NCBI RefSeq assembly: GCF_003334815.1
Contig: NZ_QOWO01000056.1
From: Escherichia coli
GTDB taxonomy: Bacteria > Pseudomonadota > Gammaproteobacteria > Enterobacterales > Enterobacteriaceae
DNA: 15,311 nucleotides
Reading direction: 5' to 3' (one strand)
In this document: positions 1 to 9,380 of the stretch, piece by piece
Layout of the letters: every line of letters begins with the position of its first letter
How positions within the stretch are numbered: the stretch's first letter is position 1
Position numbers and translations under genes: made by a program
Notes under the pieces: model-generated
Seen by the model: only the letters and a program-made list of their open reading frames with translations
Told to the model about the DNA's origin: nothing
The model's database searches: none

Positions 1-2
1 AC

Positions 3-1174
<1,172 letters not shown>

Positions 1175-1376
1175 CGAAAGTATCTTAGCGGGCATGAAAA
1201 TGGCAAATAACGGTCAAACATCGTGGCGTTGACATTCTGGCTGGAAGTATCGAGTACACGCTCGTAAGCGGCCCTCACGGCCCGCTAACGCGGAGATACG
1301 CCCCGACTTCGGGTAAACCCTCGTCGGGACCACTCCGACCGCGCACAGAAGCTCTCTCATGGCTGAAAGCGGGTAT

Positions 1377-1590
1377 GGTCTGGCAGGGCTGGGGATGGGT
1401 AAGGTGAAATCTATCAATCCGTACCGGCTTACGCCGGGCTTCGGCGGTTTTACTCCGGTATCACATGTAACCACAGCGTGCCGCCTTACATGCCGCTGAA
1501 GCGGCATTCAGTAGACAGGCTATGCACGACTCGCCAGTCTGGCCTGAACATGATATAAAATGAATATAAATAGACAGAATAGGGTTATTT
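1377..1590 (+). repeat. Copy 1 of a diverged ~200-bp direct repeat (structured leader-like element) upstream of the 294-aa gene
   Basis: Matches 9636-9834 by hand alignment: the first 61 nt have 5 mismatches, starting GGTCTGGCAGGG..GGGTAAGGTGAAA..GTACCGGCTTACGCCGG; a second block (TATCACATG..GTGCCGCCTTACATGCCGCTGAAGCGGCAT) is about 84% identical. Weaker similarity continues to the start codon. Copy 1 carries about 21 extra bp (GCTTCGGCGGTTTTACTCCGG). Confidence 0.7.
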
Positions 1591-2475
1591 ATGGATTTAT
1601 ATCACTTTACAGCAATTCCTATGTTGCATTCCATACTTGCATCTGAAGGCCTGAGAGAAGGATATCTAACGTTGTATGATGGAACAATTTTGTATAATAA
1701 AGTATGGTTAACGACATCTCCATTACCATATGGTCACGGATTATGTAACGGTACTGAAAAATTAAGTGAATCAGAAAAATCATTTATGCGAAGAGTCGGT
1801 AATATATCTGAGTCTACGTCTATAAATGGAACACATAATAAAAAGTTAATAAGGTTAAAAATAGATACTGAATGGATAAAAAAGCAGCCTGGATTTTGCT
1901 CATATAAAAAGCTGATGCGTGACCTTGGACAACCTAAAGCTTATGTTAAGTACGTAGGTGCAATGGGGGTTGAGGGGGCAAGGGGGATGACCGATGAGCA
2001 GATAAGTAAAATTATGCGAAAAGGTAACACAAAAGAAGATACCTGGTATATCTTTAATGGGGTCATCCCACCTTCAAAAATAGTCTCTGTTGAATATATG
2101 GAAACTAAAGATAAATATATACCATATGATTTTGAATTGCATGGAAGGGGATATATAGAAAACTCCGGCATTTATCCGATTTCGAATTTATTATTATCTG
2201 ATCTGAATCATACAATGCGAAATATTACATTTTTACCAGGTTCTGTCATAGCGTTTTGTCATAAAGCAAATTCAGAAGAAAATATTTTATTCAGACATGT
2301 ATTATTCACATGTTCAATCTCCTTGAGAAATTTTTCAGTACTGATAGCAACAGGTGATGAGACATCTTTCTATATTCATCTGGATGTATTAAAAAGTTGG
2401 ACTCAAAAAAACAGTAAAGTACTATGCCAACTTTTTGAAAAAGCACGTGAAAGTTACCACAGATACTATGGTTAG
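1591..2475 (+). CDS. Hypothetical protein, 294 aa, AT-rich, function unknown
   Basis: Long ORF in strongly AT-rich DNA with Lys/Asn/Ile-rich codon usage, unlike the flanking IS and backbone. No motif recognised with certainty. The N-terminal LYHFT..SIL..GL pattern is faintly reminiscent of ART-fold (DarT/DUF4433-like) N-termini, but downstream motifs do not obviously match. Confidence 0.6.
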   Translation: MDLYHFTAIPMLHSILASEGLREGYLTLYDGTILYNKVWLTTSPLPYGHGLCNGTEKLSESEKSFMRRVGNISESTSINGTHNKKLIRLKIDTEWIKKQPGFCSYKKLMRDLGQPKAYVKYVGAMGVEGARGMTDEQISKIMRKGNTKEDTWYIFNGVIPPSKIVSVEYMETKDKYIPYDFELHGRGYIENSGIYPISNLLLSDLNHTMRNITFLPGSVIAFCHKANSEENILFRHVLFTCSISLRNFSVLIATGDETSFYIHLDVLKSWTQKNSKVLCQLFEKARESYHRYYG

Positions 2476-2824
2476 AAACCACTGCGGGGAGAACATCAGT
2501 GGCACAAAACTAGACCGCCCGGAACCGGGACGCTTACTGATGGACAGTCATCGCAATGATATCTTGCTGGTTGAGCAGATAGGGGCTCCGTGGGAATTTC
2601 TGCGATAACACCCGCTAAGCGATTTCTCCCTGACGGAAATCACTTGTTTTTCGTTCAGAGGCAGGCAAGAGGAATATTCATCCCCAAAAACGGCGTTTTC
2701 ATATGCGGAAAACGCTGCCGGATAGTCGAATAGTACGACAAACTGACTTCTGACGTTTTCCGTACATTTCAGATTCAGTAACCCCGAATATTTGGGGTTG
2801 GTATGGCTAACGCCTTGAATTTCA

Positions 2825-2977
2825 ATGAACAATATTTTGTTACCGTGTACTGTCGCAGAAATGCCCACGGAACCCCTACTTGGACAGCATGTACTTTATG
2901 AAGTGAATGATGAGGCCAGTCGTGTCAATATCCTGGCGGTTGTAGGCCAGCGTCAGAATCCCCGATTCATTCTTTGA
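2825..2977 (+). pseudogene. Possible remnant of a RelE/ParE-family toxin (C-terminal half only)
   Basis: A 50-codon ORF ends ..GQHVLYEVNDEASRVNILAVVGQRQNPRFIL*, resembling the RelE/ParE C-terminal core (compare RelE ..GYRLVYQVIDEKVVVFVISVGKRER..). No matching N-terminal half was found in any frame upstream. Confidence 0.3.
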
Positions 2978-3012
2978 GTGTCCGGCTTGGAACTCCATCT
3001 TCAGAGAATCGA

Positions 3013-3678
3013 TCAACGTTCTTTAGCTCCTTCCACTAACAGCCGACCTATCTCAAACACCGCAGCTGACCGTCCCGACTTCACCGCTTCGGCTTTCTGT
3101 CCCTCAACAAACCAGTTATTACCGTCCGTTCGGACCAACTCAAACATCCATGACATATCGTAAACGTGTTCCGGGATCAGCGACCCTTCTCCGGCCAGAA
3201 TACCCGCCGTTATGGAGTGGTTGCCCCCGTGCACAAAGCCAATACGCCAGGGCAACCACAGGTCAACATAGTGGTTGTTTTTATCTTGCTTCCACGGCTT
3301 CCCCTTATGGGTTCCAATGCGTGAAACGTTATCGATATAGCGTGGTAGGCTCCAAGGCCACGGCAGCACTATGTCGCTTGCCAGCGACAACGGATAATCA
3401 GCGCCGTTCATCTCACACTCTTTCATCTTTTCGTAAGATTGTATTTGGGTAAGTCCCTTAAAGAAGAACTCCTGCGGGGTCATATCCGGGCGGGCATCTG
3501 TTCCCTCCTCAGCTACCGCCAGCAAGAAATCACTCTGTACTGGCCGCACGATAGCGCGAATGAGATCTGGTAGCGCCTTAACGGGTAGTTTCTCTGCCAC
3601 AGAAAGCAGATGATTGAAGCGTTTTTTTTCATTGGCTATAGTTGCTTTATCTTTCTTGTTTCGGTTCCAGAACATCAC
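3013..3678 (-). CDS. Hypothetical protein, 221 aa, function unknown
   Basis: ORF with a strong upstream Shine-Dalgarno (TAAGGAGGG about 9 nt before the GTG/ATG start); Trp-rich segment PWPWSLP..DLWLPWRIGFVHGGNHS; no family recognised. Convergent with the 294-aa gene. Confidence 0.6.
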   Translation of the reverse strand: MMFWNRNKKDKATIANEKKRFNHLLSVAEKLPVKALPDLIRAIVRPVQSDFLLAVAEEGTDARPDMTPQEFFFKGLTQIQSYEKMKECEMNGADYPLSLASDIVLPWPWSLPRYIDNVSRIGTHKGKPWKQDKNNHYVDLWLPWRIGFVHGGNHSITAGILAGEGSLIPEHVYDMSWMFELVRTDGNNWFVEGQKAEAVKSGRSAAVFEIGRLLVEGAKER

Positions 3679-4247
3679 TGTCTGTAGCCCTCCTTATCGT
3701 GATCAGGATGATGGTTTTCATTCTAATGGTGTAGTAGTTTCACGTCACGCGCACGTGCATATTCTTCGAAAGCTTCGGCGTTAGCCGGTCAACCAGGGGT
3801 TTGAGGCCCAACCGTACGAGATCGTACGCTAAGTTCATTTTTTGAGCAGAAGAGGTGAGTAAAGAAAACGAGGGTTTTGTTTACTCTTCCCGTCAATGCC
3901 AGTAGCCATGCGGTTTCAGGGACTTTCAGTGTTAATAAACTCGGTAATCAAATCAACGTAAACCTGCCTAACAACGCCACGACTTTATTGACTTAAAATC
4001 ATATAGTTAGCTTCTTAGCGTACGTTTCCGCTCCATTGGGCTTCAAACCCCACACCCAATGACATGAGAAAAGCTGGATCTGATTCTCAAAATGCTGGGA
4101 TACCCATCGAGATGGAGAACTCAGTCAATGTTCCATTCTTTCTGAAATATGTGTGGGGACACTGATCTGTCGGGAGCCGGATGCGGTAGTTCCGCAGGTC
4201 CGGTTCTGAGGAGGGGCCCGTCCGGGCAACCGGCGGGTCTACTCACC

Positions 4248-4811
4248 TCATCCCCCTACAACCACTCCCATTCGTTTAAGTATTTTTAAACCTGCTTCCT
4301 GTGGTATCTTTATAGATAAGATCCTGTTTATCTCAGGATTTATATCGAGACCTTCTGTCATTGAAAAATCACAGTGAGACAAATCAGAATGTCTGAACTC
4401 TGTATTATTAAACTCCGAACCAGTAAAATCAGATTTACGAAGGTCTGTTTCCTCAAATAAACAATCACGGAAGCGACAGGATAAAAAAATAGATTTCTGT
4501 AACCGTAAACTAATAAAATCAACAAATCTCAAATCACAATTTACAAGAGAAAAAGTACAGGGAAACATAATGTCTGCTGCATTTACTCCTTGTAATAAAC
4601 AATCTTTGAATTCACAGTCAATAAGTTTAAAAAAATTAAGTTTTAAATTCTTTATTGAGCAGTTTACGAAGCGACATTTTTCGAACTCACAATCGCGAAA
4701 GTTAAAGTTGTCAAGCTGTATTCGTTCAAATATACAATTGTAATAATTTACACCTGATAATTCACTTTCACTGAGGTGTCGTTTTGTGATTCTTTTTTCT
4801 ATTATATCCAT
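4248..4811 (-). CDS. mcbG: Microcin B17 immunity protein McbG (pentapeptide-repeat, Qnr-like gyrase protection), 187 aa
   Basis: Last gene of the mcb operon by position; length matches McbG; pentapeptide-repeat character visible (CIFERIQLDNFNFRDCEFEKCRFVNCSIKNLKLNFFKLIDCEFKDC..). Confidence 0.92.
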   Translation of the reverse strand: MDIIEKRITKRHLSESELSGVNYYNCIFERIQLDNFNFRDCEFEKCRFVNCSIKNLKLNFFKLIDCEFKDCLLQGVNAADIMFPCTFSLVNCDLRFVDFISLRLQKSIFLSCRFRDCLFEETDLRKSDFTGSEFNNTEFRHSDLSHCDFSMTEGLDINPEINRILSIKIPQEAGLKILKRMGVVVGG

Positions 4812-4814
4812 GTG

Positions 4815-5546
4815 TCAGTCTCCTGTTCCCATAACTTCTTTAATAAATGCCTTTTCTGGAGTTGTTTCATTATTGGATTGAATAAAATCACTCATATCAG
4901 AATAACGATTTATACTATTTTTTGAAAGCATATAGAAGGGGATTTTATCTCTTGTTAATTCATCAAAAATATGAGTTGAGAAAAATACCGTTTTCCCGTC
5001 AGCGGTGATCTTATTTATCAGTTCCCATAACATCATTCTGTACTGAATATCAATGCCTACAGTTGGTTCATCCAGTAAAAATAAACGGGCATTTTTGCAA
5101 AGCGTTAGCATCAAAGATATGATAAGCCAACGCTTCTCTCCATAACTTACCGTGTAAGTCCTTTTACGTCTTATTTTATCATAGCGAATGAAAAAATTAT
5201 CATTCCATTTATGATTAAGCTCTGTCCATGCCTGTTTTTTAGTTAACTTATTGAAGCAGCAAATCAAATCAAGAACCTCCTCATTCCTTAGTGTACCTGA
5301 AAGATTTATGACTTGAGGTAGACTTACTAATTCTCCACCAGAGAAATTTCGCTTGAGGGTCCCTTCATAATTACTGACTCCGCCCCTGATAAGGTTAAAA
5401 AGAGTGGTCTTCCCGGCTCCATTTTCTCCAAGCAGACCTATCAACTCTCCCTGCTCAATCTTAAGCGACAGATTATTGAAAACAGGGGGTAAATTTACTT
5501 TATATGAAAAGCTCAGAGAGTTGATTTCTAAAAGAGGTATGGTCAT
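4815..5546 (-). CDS. mcbF: Microcin B17 export/immunity ABC transporter ATP-binding protein McbF
   Basis: Walker A GENGAGKTT, ABC signature-like FSGGE, Walker B LFLLDEPT; 4-nt overlap with mcbE (ATGA) suggests translational coupling. Confidence 0.92.
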   Translation of the reverse strand: MTIPLLEINSLSFSYKVNLPPVFNNLSLKIEQGELIGLLGENGAGKTTLFNLIRGGVSNYEGTLKRNFSGGELVSLPQVINLSGTLRNEEVLDLICCFNKLTKKQAWTELNHKWNDNFFIRYDKIRRKRTYTVSYGEKRWLIISLMLTLCKNARLFLLDEPTVGIDIQYRMMLWELINKITADGKTVFFSTHIFDELTRDKIPFYMLSKNSINRYSDMSDFIQSNNETTPEKAFIKEVMGTGD

Positions 5547-6268
5547 TGAGAACTCCAGACTGGCTCAGTTTTGAAGGTTAGTGCTGAAATAATACTTATG
5601 ATTAACATTATACTATAGAAAAATATCGTCATCAGAGACAACTCCTGGTCTGACTGGAGTATTGTAGAATAGATGGCGATAGGATTAACCTGATTTATCC
5701 AGTAAACGATCCCCTCATTATATTTTAATGATACAATTCCTGATACCATACAGACAGTTATTAATACAGAATAGATAGTGCTGGCTGTTTGGAATGTGAC
5801 TCTGAACGATGCCATGAAAGTGAGTGAAACCATCATAAATGCATTTATGTATATCGATTTTAAAATAATCATTACTATTTGATAATCTGGACTTGCCTGG
5901 AATCCTGTTAGTACGACTAAAATGAAAAAAAACACATACAAAATAGACATGATAAGTGAGGCTATTAATTGAGAACGAATAAATAATAGTCGACCATCCA
6001 TATTATGCACGAAGGTAGCAATAAAACCACTTTCTCTTCTTCCGACCAGATACAGACAGTAATTAAACAGAACAACAGAAAAAGAAATGTAGCCTACAAA
6101 CCATGATATTTGTTTTCCGAGCCATGCTGTATCACCATAATGAAGTTCAATTTCATTGAAATGAAGGAAAAAGAACAACACTGTAGGTGACATAATTGTC
6201 CATATTAAGCTGAAAGGGGTTCTGATTTGTTCCATCAGAAAAATTATCGCCATTTTTAATGTAACCAT
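5543..6268 (-). CDS. mcbE: Microcin B17 export ABC transporter permease McbE, 241 aa
   Basis: Highly hydrophobic multi-pass membrane protein of the correct length, positioned between mcbD and mcbF. Confidence 0.9.
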   Translation of the reverse strand: MVTLKMAIIFLMEQIRTPFSLIWTIMSPTVLFFFLHFNEIELHYGDTAWLGKQISWFVGYISFSVVLFNYCLYLVGRRESGFIATFVHNMDGRLLFIRSQLIASLIMSILYVFFFILVVLTGFQASPDYQIVMIILKSIYINAFMMVSLTFMASFRVTFQTASTIYSVLITVCMVSGIVSLKYNEGIVYWINQVNPIAIYSTILQSDQELSLMTIFFYSIMLIISIISALTFKTEPVWSSQ

Positions 6269-6277
6269 TTGTTATCC

Positions 6278-7468
6278 TTATGGGAATGGTACCATCTTTG
6301 ATTCTCTGACTTTAATACCGTCCCCGGTATGGTAAATTTTATTATTAATGTTTATTGCACCTGAGTTATTCATATGAAGGAAAAAATCAGGGCTTACTAT
6401 TTTTGTGTACCAGACAAGGCTGTTACTTACTCTTTCCCTGGCATAGTAAACAAAAATATTATCAGAAATTTGTTGAAGATAGTTTAATAAATTTGTGTCT
6501 GACGTAATATTTTCCTCAAGCGTTAACTTGACATCATCAGACAGTAGTACCGTATTTTCACACAAATCCGTAAACGACTCGTACTTGTTGCATGACATAA
6601 AGTGACGCTGGTAACTATCAATAATGTCATCATCAGTATAACCGCCAATAAGAAAGTTGTGCAGGCATATATACGATTGCCACAATTCCACTACGGATTT
6701 ACAAAGTGCTTTTTTCAGACTATTAGCATAGGATAATCCGGTACTGTATTTTATTCGACTGATTTTGTTTTTTGTGCCATACAGGGTTAGTACTGCGTGT
6801 CCAGGAGCTCCGGGCAGGGTGATATCGAAAATCCTGATATCTCCTTCTGACCTGAGAGCCAGTAAAATCTCATCTATATGATTTATGCCTGTTACTATTT
6901 CACTGGATATTTCAGTATTGGCTTTTCCCTGTAACCAGTAAAGAAGGAGGGACTGTCTCTCCATAAATTCACACAAGGAACCTTCTATGGCATCGTTCAA
7001 ACTACCATGAAAGCTACATCCGCATGTATCTCTGTCAGGATAAAATTTCAGATCATCTGCAGCGGTTATATTGTCGAGTGCAATTATGACTGCAGGTATT
7101 TCTTGTTGTTCAAGGCTAAACAGATTAAAGGCTCTGACCGTTTTAAATTTATGGGTTATGATTTCATCGCGGGTCAGTGATGAGATCTGAAAAAATGCTT
7201 CGGTAAAAGCCTTTGCAGCAGATGGAGGCATCATCTCATATAATGTTTTCTGACCACCGGTGACTATCTCATTAAAAAAATGACGGCGTTCAAAATATTC
7301 ACCTATTGCCCCCTGAATTGACTTCAGAGTTTCACCGGCCGCGCTGGCTGGTGTAATACGCTCATAGTCCCATATCTGAGAAAACGTTGGCATATTTCTG
7401 TTCAGTTTTGGACTCATGGCCATTGTGGCCGGCCATGCGGACATAAGGTTACTGTAGACATTTATCAT
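6278..7468 (-). CDS. mcbD: Microcin B17 synthetase YcaO-type cyclodehydratase McbD, 396 aa
   Basis: Position and length match McbD of the mcbABCDEFG operon; start overlaps the mcbC 3' end by 20 nt. Confidence 0.92.
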   Translation of the reverse strand: MINVYSNLMSAWPATMAMSPKLNRNMPTFSQIWDYERITPASAAGETLKSIQGAIGEYFERRHFFNEIVTGGQKTLYEMMPPSAAKAFTEAFFQISSLTRDEIITHKFKTVRAFNLFSLEQQEIPAVIIALDNITAADDLKFYPDRDTCGCSFHGSLNDAIEGSLCEFMERQSLLLYWLQGKANTEISSEIVTGINHIDEILLALRSEGDIRIFDITLPGAPGHAVLTLYGTKNKISRIKYSTGLSYANSLKKALCKSVVELWQSYICLHNFLIGGYTDDDIIDSYQRHFMSCNKYESFTDLCENTVLLSDDVKLTLEENITSDTNLLNYLQQISDNIFVYYARERVSNSLVWYTKIVSPDFFLHMNNSGAININNKIYHTGDGIKVRESKMVPFP

Positions 7469-8267
7469 CGTTTACATCTCCAAAAAACTGAACGATCAGT
7501 GGCGCTACGGTCCTCTGATCCAGATTCATTGTTTTTGCTACGTATGAATCGGTATATCCCGCCCATACCCGGTTTTTCAGTCCTATTTGATCTGCAACCA
7601 ATACTGCGTTCTGATACATCGAACCTGTTTCCATTAAGGCCATCCGGTATCCTCTGTAGCGATATTTGAACAAAGCTTTTTCAAAAATAATGCAATAGAC
7701 GAGAGCAAAATGGGGTTTACCAAGACGTTCCGAATCCCCACCGGACAGGCTTCGGTAGAGTGACTGAGTATTACATGTAGCAACAGGTTCCAGTGCCTGA
7801 CTTAGCGGCAGGTAGTGATAAACATTAGTTCCTGCCTGCCAGTTTTCTGTATTTTCAGATAATCTGCATAAAAAAACTTCAATCGGGTACAATGCCCCCC
7901 CAGAAGGATAAGGTCTTCTTACAGAGCCAGGATCAGGTGAGCTGAATGCATTGACTAATAACTTTTCAATAGTACGAATGGAAAGTTTATTTTTGTCGCA
8001 AAAGTTTATTCCTGATGGGAGCCTTTCACGACTAAAATTATGTGATGAGGATATGTTTATTACGGAGCTGAAACCTGGCCTGAAGAGAACTTCTTTATTT
8101 TCAAATTTCTCCAGATGGGCAAGAGGTACCGCGGACACGAAAGTTCGTTCAGCAAATTCGGGGAGGGAAGCAAAGTTACCTCTGACATGAAAATCTTTAA
8201 CAATGGCCAGAACTTCAGGATCTGTGTAATGCGTTACTTCCACTAAAGAGAGTTCGTGTTTTGACAT
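7449..8267 (-). CDS. mcbC: Microcin B17 synthetase FMN-dependent dehydrogenase McbC, 272 aa
   Basis: Position and length match McbC; immediately follows mcbB with a 1-bp gap. Confidence 0.92.
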   Translation of the reverse strand: MSKHELSLVEVTHYTDPEVLAIVKDFHVRGNFASLPEFAERTFVSAVPLAHLEKFENKEVLFRPGFSSVINISSSHNFSRERLPSGINFCDKNKLSIRTIEKLLVNAFSSPDPGSVRRPYPSGGALYPIEVFLCRLSENTENWQAGTNVYHYLPLSQALEPVATCNTQSLYRSLSGGDSERLGKPHFALVYCIIFEKALFKYRYRGYRMALMETGSMYQNAVLVADQIGLKNRVWAGYTDSYVAKTMNLDQRTVAPLIVQFFGDVNDDKCLQ

Positions 8268-8268
8268 G

Positions 8269-9156
8269 TTATCTCTCCAGACAGCTGCAAGCCTGCCAGT
8301 GAATTACCGGCTCTTTACATAAAATACTGGTGATTAAATCAGCGCTAACAGATGACATAAAGTTATCGACATGACTTTTAACCAGTGAAGTACCTGTCAA
8401 CTCCTGAAGTCGCCGTTTTATTAAATGATAGCTGAATCCTCTTTCTGATTCGCCTAAAGCCAATGCTGGTAGTGTCATTTGGTATTTTTTCAGTAACTGA
8501 AGTAAGTTTGCCCAGGACATTTCGTTACGTCTGAAGCTTTTTTCTTCCCTGCTCAGCCATCTCTCTATATGACAAAAATGGCAGGGAGTACCAAGATCAG
8601 GTGAATATACTCCATCTATCCTGAATGACTCCTTTAGGTAGTAGCTTTGGATGAAGGCAACACCAGGGTTACTTTCAAATTTTGAATAGATTCTTTTTAC
8701 AATGTCTGAATGATAGTTTTCGAGATGTAACCAGATTAGTGTTGAATCGCTCACATTAATATTATTATCTTTTATATCAATGATATGAGAAACAAAAACA
8801 CCATCAGATTTCCATTGTTCCCGGGCATTACTGAAAAGATGTGGAACATCGCTTATTATGACTGAGTTTACCCAGAGAGGTGATGTTTTCGTTTTATTTA
8901 TCACGCCTGTGGTAATAAGAAACTCTTTGCCCTTGTCTTTATCAATAAGCGATTCGTCCAGTAGTTTATCAAGGAGGTATTCAGAAATAATACCCTGTTT
9001 GGATCGTAGGCTTTCGAGTACTTTTTTCATTCCCTCATGTGTAATGTCTACTGAAGAAATGTAGGTAATAAGCAGGGTCTTTGTATTTCTGGAAATTATC
9101 TCAAATGGCAGAATATTGATCATATCTTTTCCTTTTTTAATATCAGGGAGCACCAT
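8269..9156 (-). CDS. mcbB: Microcin B17 synthetase zinc-binding scaffold/cyclodehydratase subunit McbB, 295 aa
   Basis: Position and length match McbB; Cys/His clusters (..PCHFCHIERW.. and C-terminal ..HWQACSC..) are consistent with a zinc tetrad. Confidence 0.92.
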   Translation of the reverse strand: MVLPDIKKGKDMINILPFEIISRNTKTLLITYISSVDITHEGMKKVLESLRSKQGIISEYLLDKLLDESLIDKDKGKEFLITTGVINKTKTSPLWVNSVIISDVPHLFSNAREQWKSDGVFVSHIIDIKDNNINVSDSTLIWLHLENYHSDIVKRIYSKFESNPGVAFIQSYYLKESFRIDGVYSPDLGTPCHFCHIERWLSREEKSFRRNEMSWANLLQLLKKYQMTLPALALGESERGFSYHLIKRRLQELTGTSLVKSHVDNFMSSVSADLITSILCKEPVIHWQACSCLER

Positions 9157-9164
9157 GCTCCCTG
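9144..9164 (-). promoter_or_regulatory. Hairpin in the mcbA-mcbB intergenic region sequestering the mcbB Shine-Dalgarno, with the AUG in the loop
   Basis: Minus-strand RNA reads 5'-CAGGGAGC-AUGGU-GCUCCCUG-3': a perfect 8-bp stem whose 5' arm contains the AGGGAG ribosome-binding site, with the mcbB start codon in the 5-nt loop. Confidence 0.5.
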
Positions 9165-9182
9165 AACGGTTAATTCAACGTA

Positions 9183-9380
9183 TCAGATATGTGAACCACT
9201 TCCGCCGCTGCCACCGTTTCCACCACTACAACCGTTGCTGCAACCACCACAACCGCCACCTTGACCACCGCAGCTACCGCCGCCACCACCACCAATGCCA
9301 ACACCTAATGGAGACTGGCGTGATAATTTAAGAGCATCAACGGACAAAACTACACCAAATTCACTCGCTTTTAATTCCAT
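9183..9380 (-). CDS. mcbA: Microcin B17 precursor peptide McbA (65 aa in this copy)
   Basis: Translation MELKASEFGVVLSVDALKLSRQSPLG|VGIGGGGGGSCGGQGGGCGGCSNGCSGGNGGSGGSGSHI is the McbA leader plus Gly/Ser/Cys-rich core. Shine-Dalgarno AGGAG lies 5-6 nt upstream. Confidence 0.95.
   Translation of the reverse strand: MELKASEFGVVLSVDALKLSRQSPLGVGIGGGGGGSCGGQGGGCGGCSNGCSGGNGGSGGSGSHI

Noticed and set aside
1214-1507. 97-aa minus-strand ORF spanning the IS end and repeat copy 1
   Set aside because: Crosses the inferred IS terminus and the conserved hairpin repeat; Arg/Pro-rich shadow-ORF composition; not conserved in repeat copy 2.
1377-1590. Interpreting the direct repeats as tRNA, retron msr-msd, group II intron domain, REP/ERIC or IS terminal repeat
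   Set aside because: No cloverleaf or CCA context, no reverse-transcriptase gene downstream, no domain V-like 34-nt helix or GUGYG boundary, no resemblance to the REP/ERIC consensus as I recall it, and the copies are direct rather than inverted. Left as an unclassified structured repeat.
2548-3452. Track ORFs 2548-2868 (-), 2978-3163 (+) and 3150-3452 (+)
   Set aside because: No RBS or recognisable motifs; the latter two are antisense to the 221-aa gene; the first lies in a spacer that looks like decayed sequence.
4064-4165. 33-codon plus-strand small ORF (MRKAGSDSQNAGIPIEMENSVNVPFFLKYVWGH) in the mcbG-downstream spacer
   Set aside because: No RBS and not hydrophobic like Hok/Ldr-type small toxins; insufficient evidence for a gene.
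7951-8190. Plus-strand ORFs inside the mcb operon (7951-8190, 8858-9064) and minus-strand ORF inside the 294-aa gene (1941-2171)
   Set aside because: Antisense to confidently assigned or better-supported genes; short, with no signals.
9116-9331. 71-aa His/Cys/Arg-rich plus-strand ORF
   Set aside because: It is the antisense reading of the GGN-rich mcbA core (GGN codons read as NCC / CAC on the other strand); an artefact of the Gly-repeat DNA.
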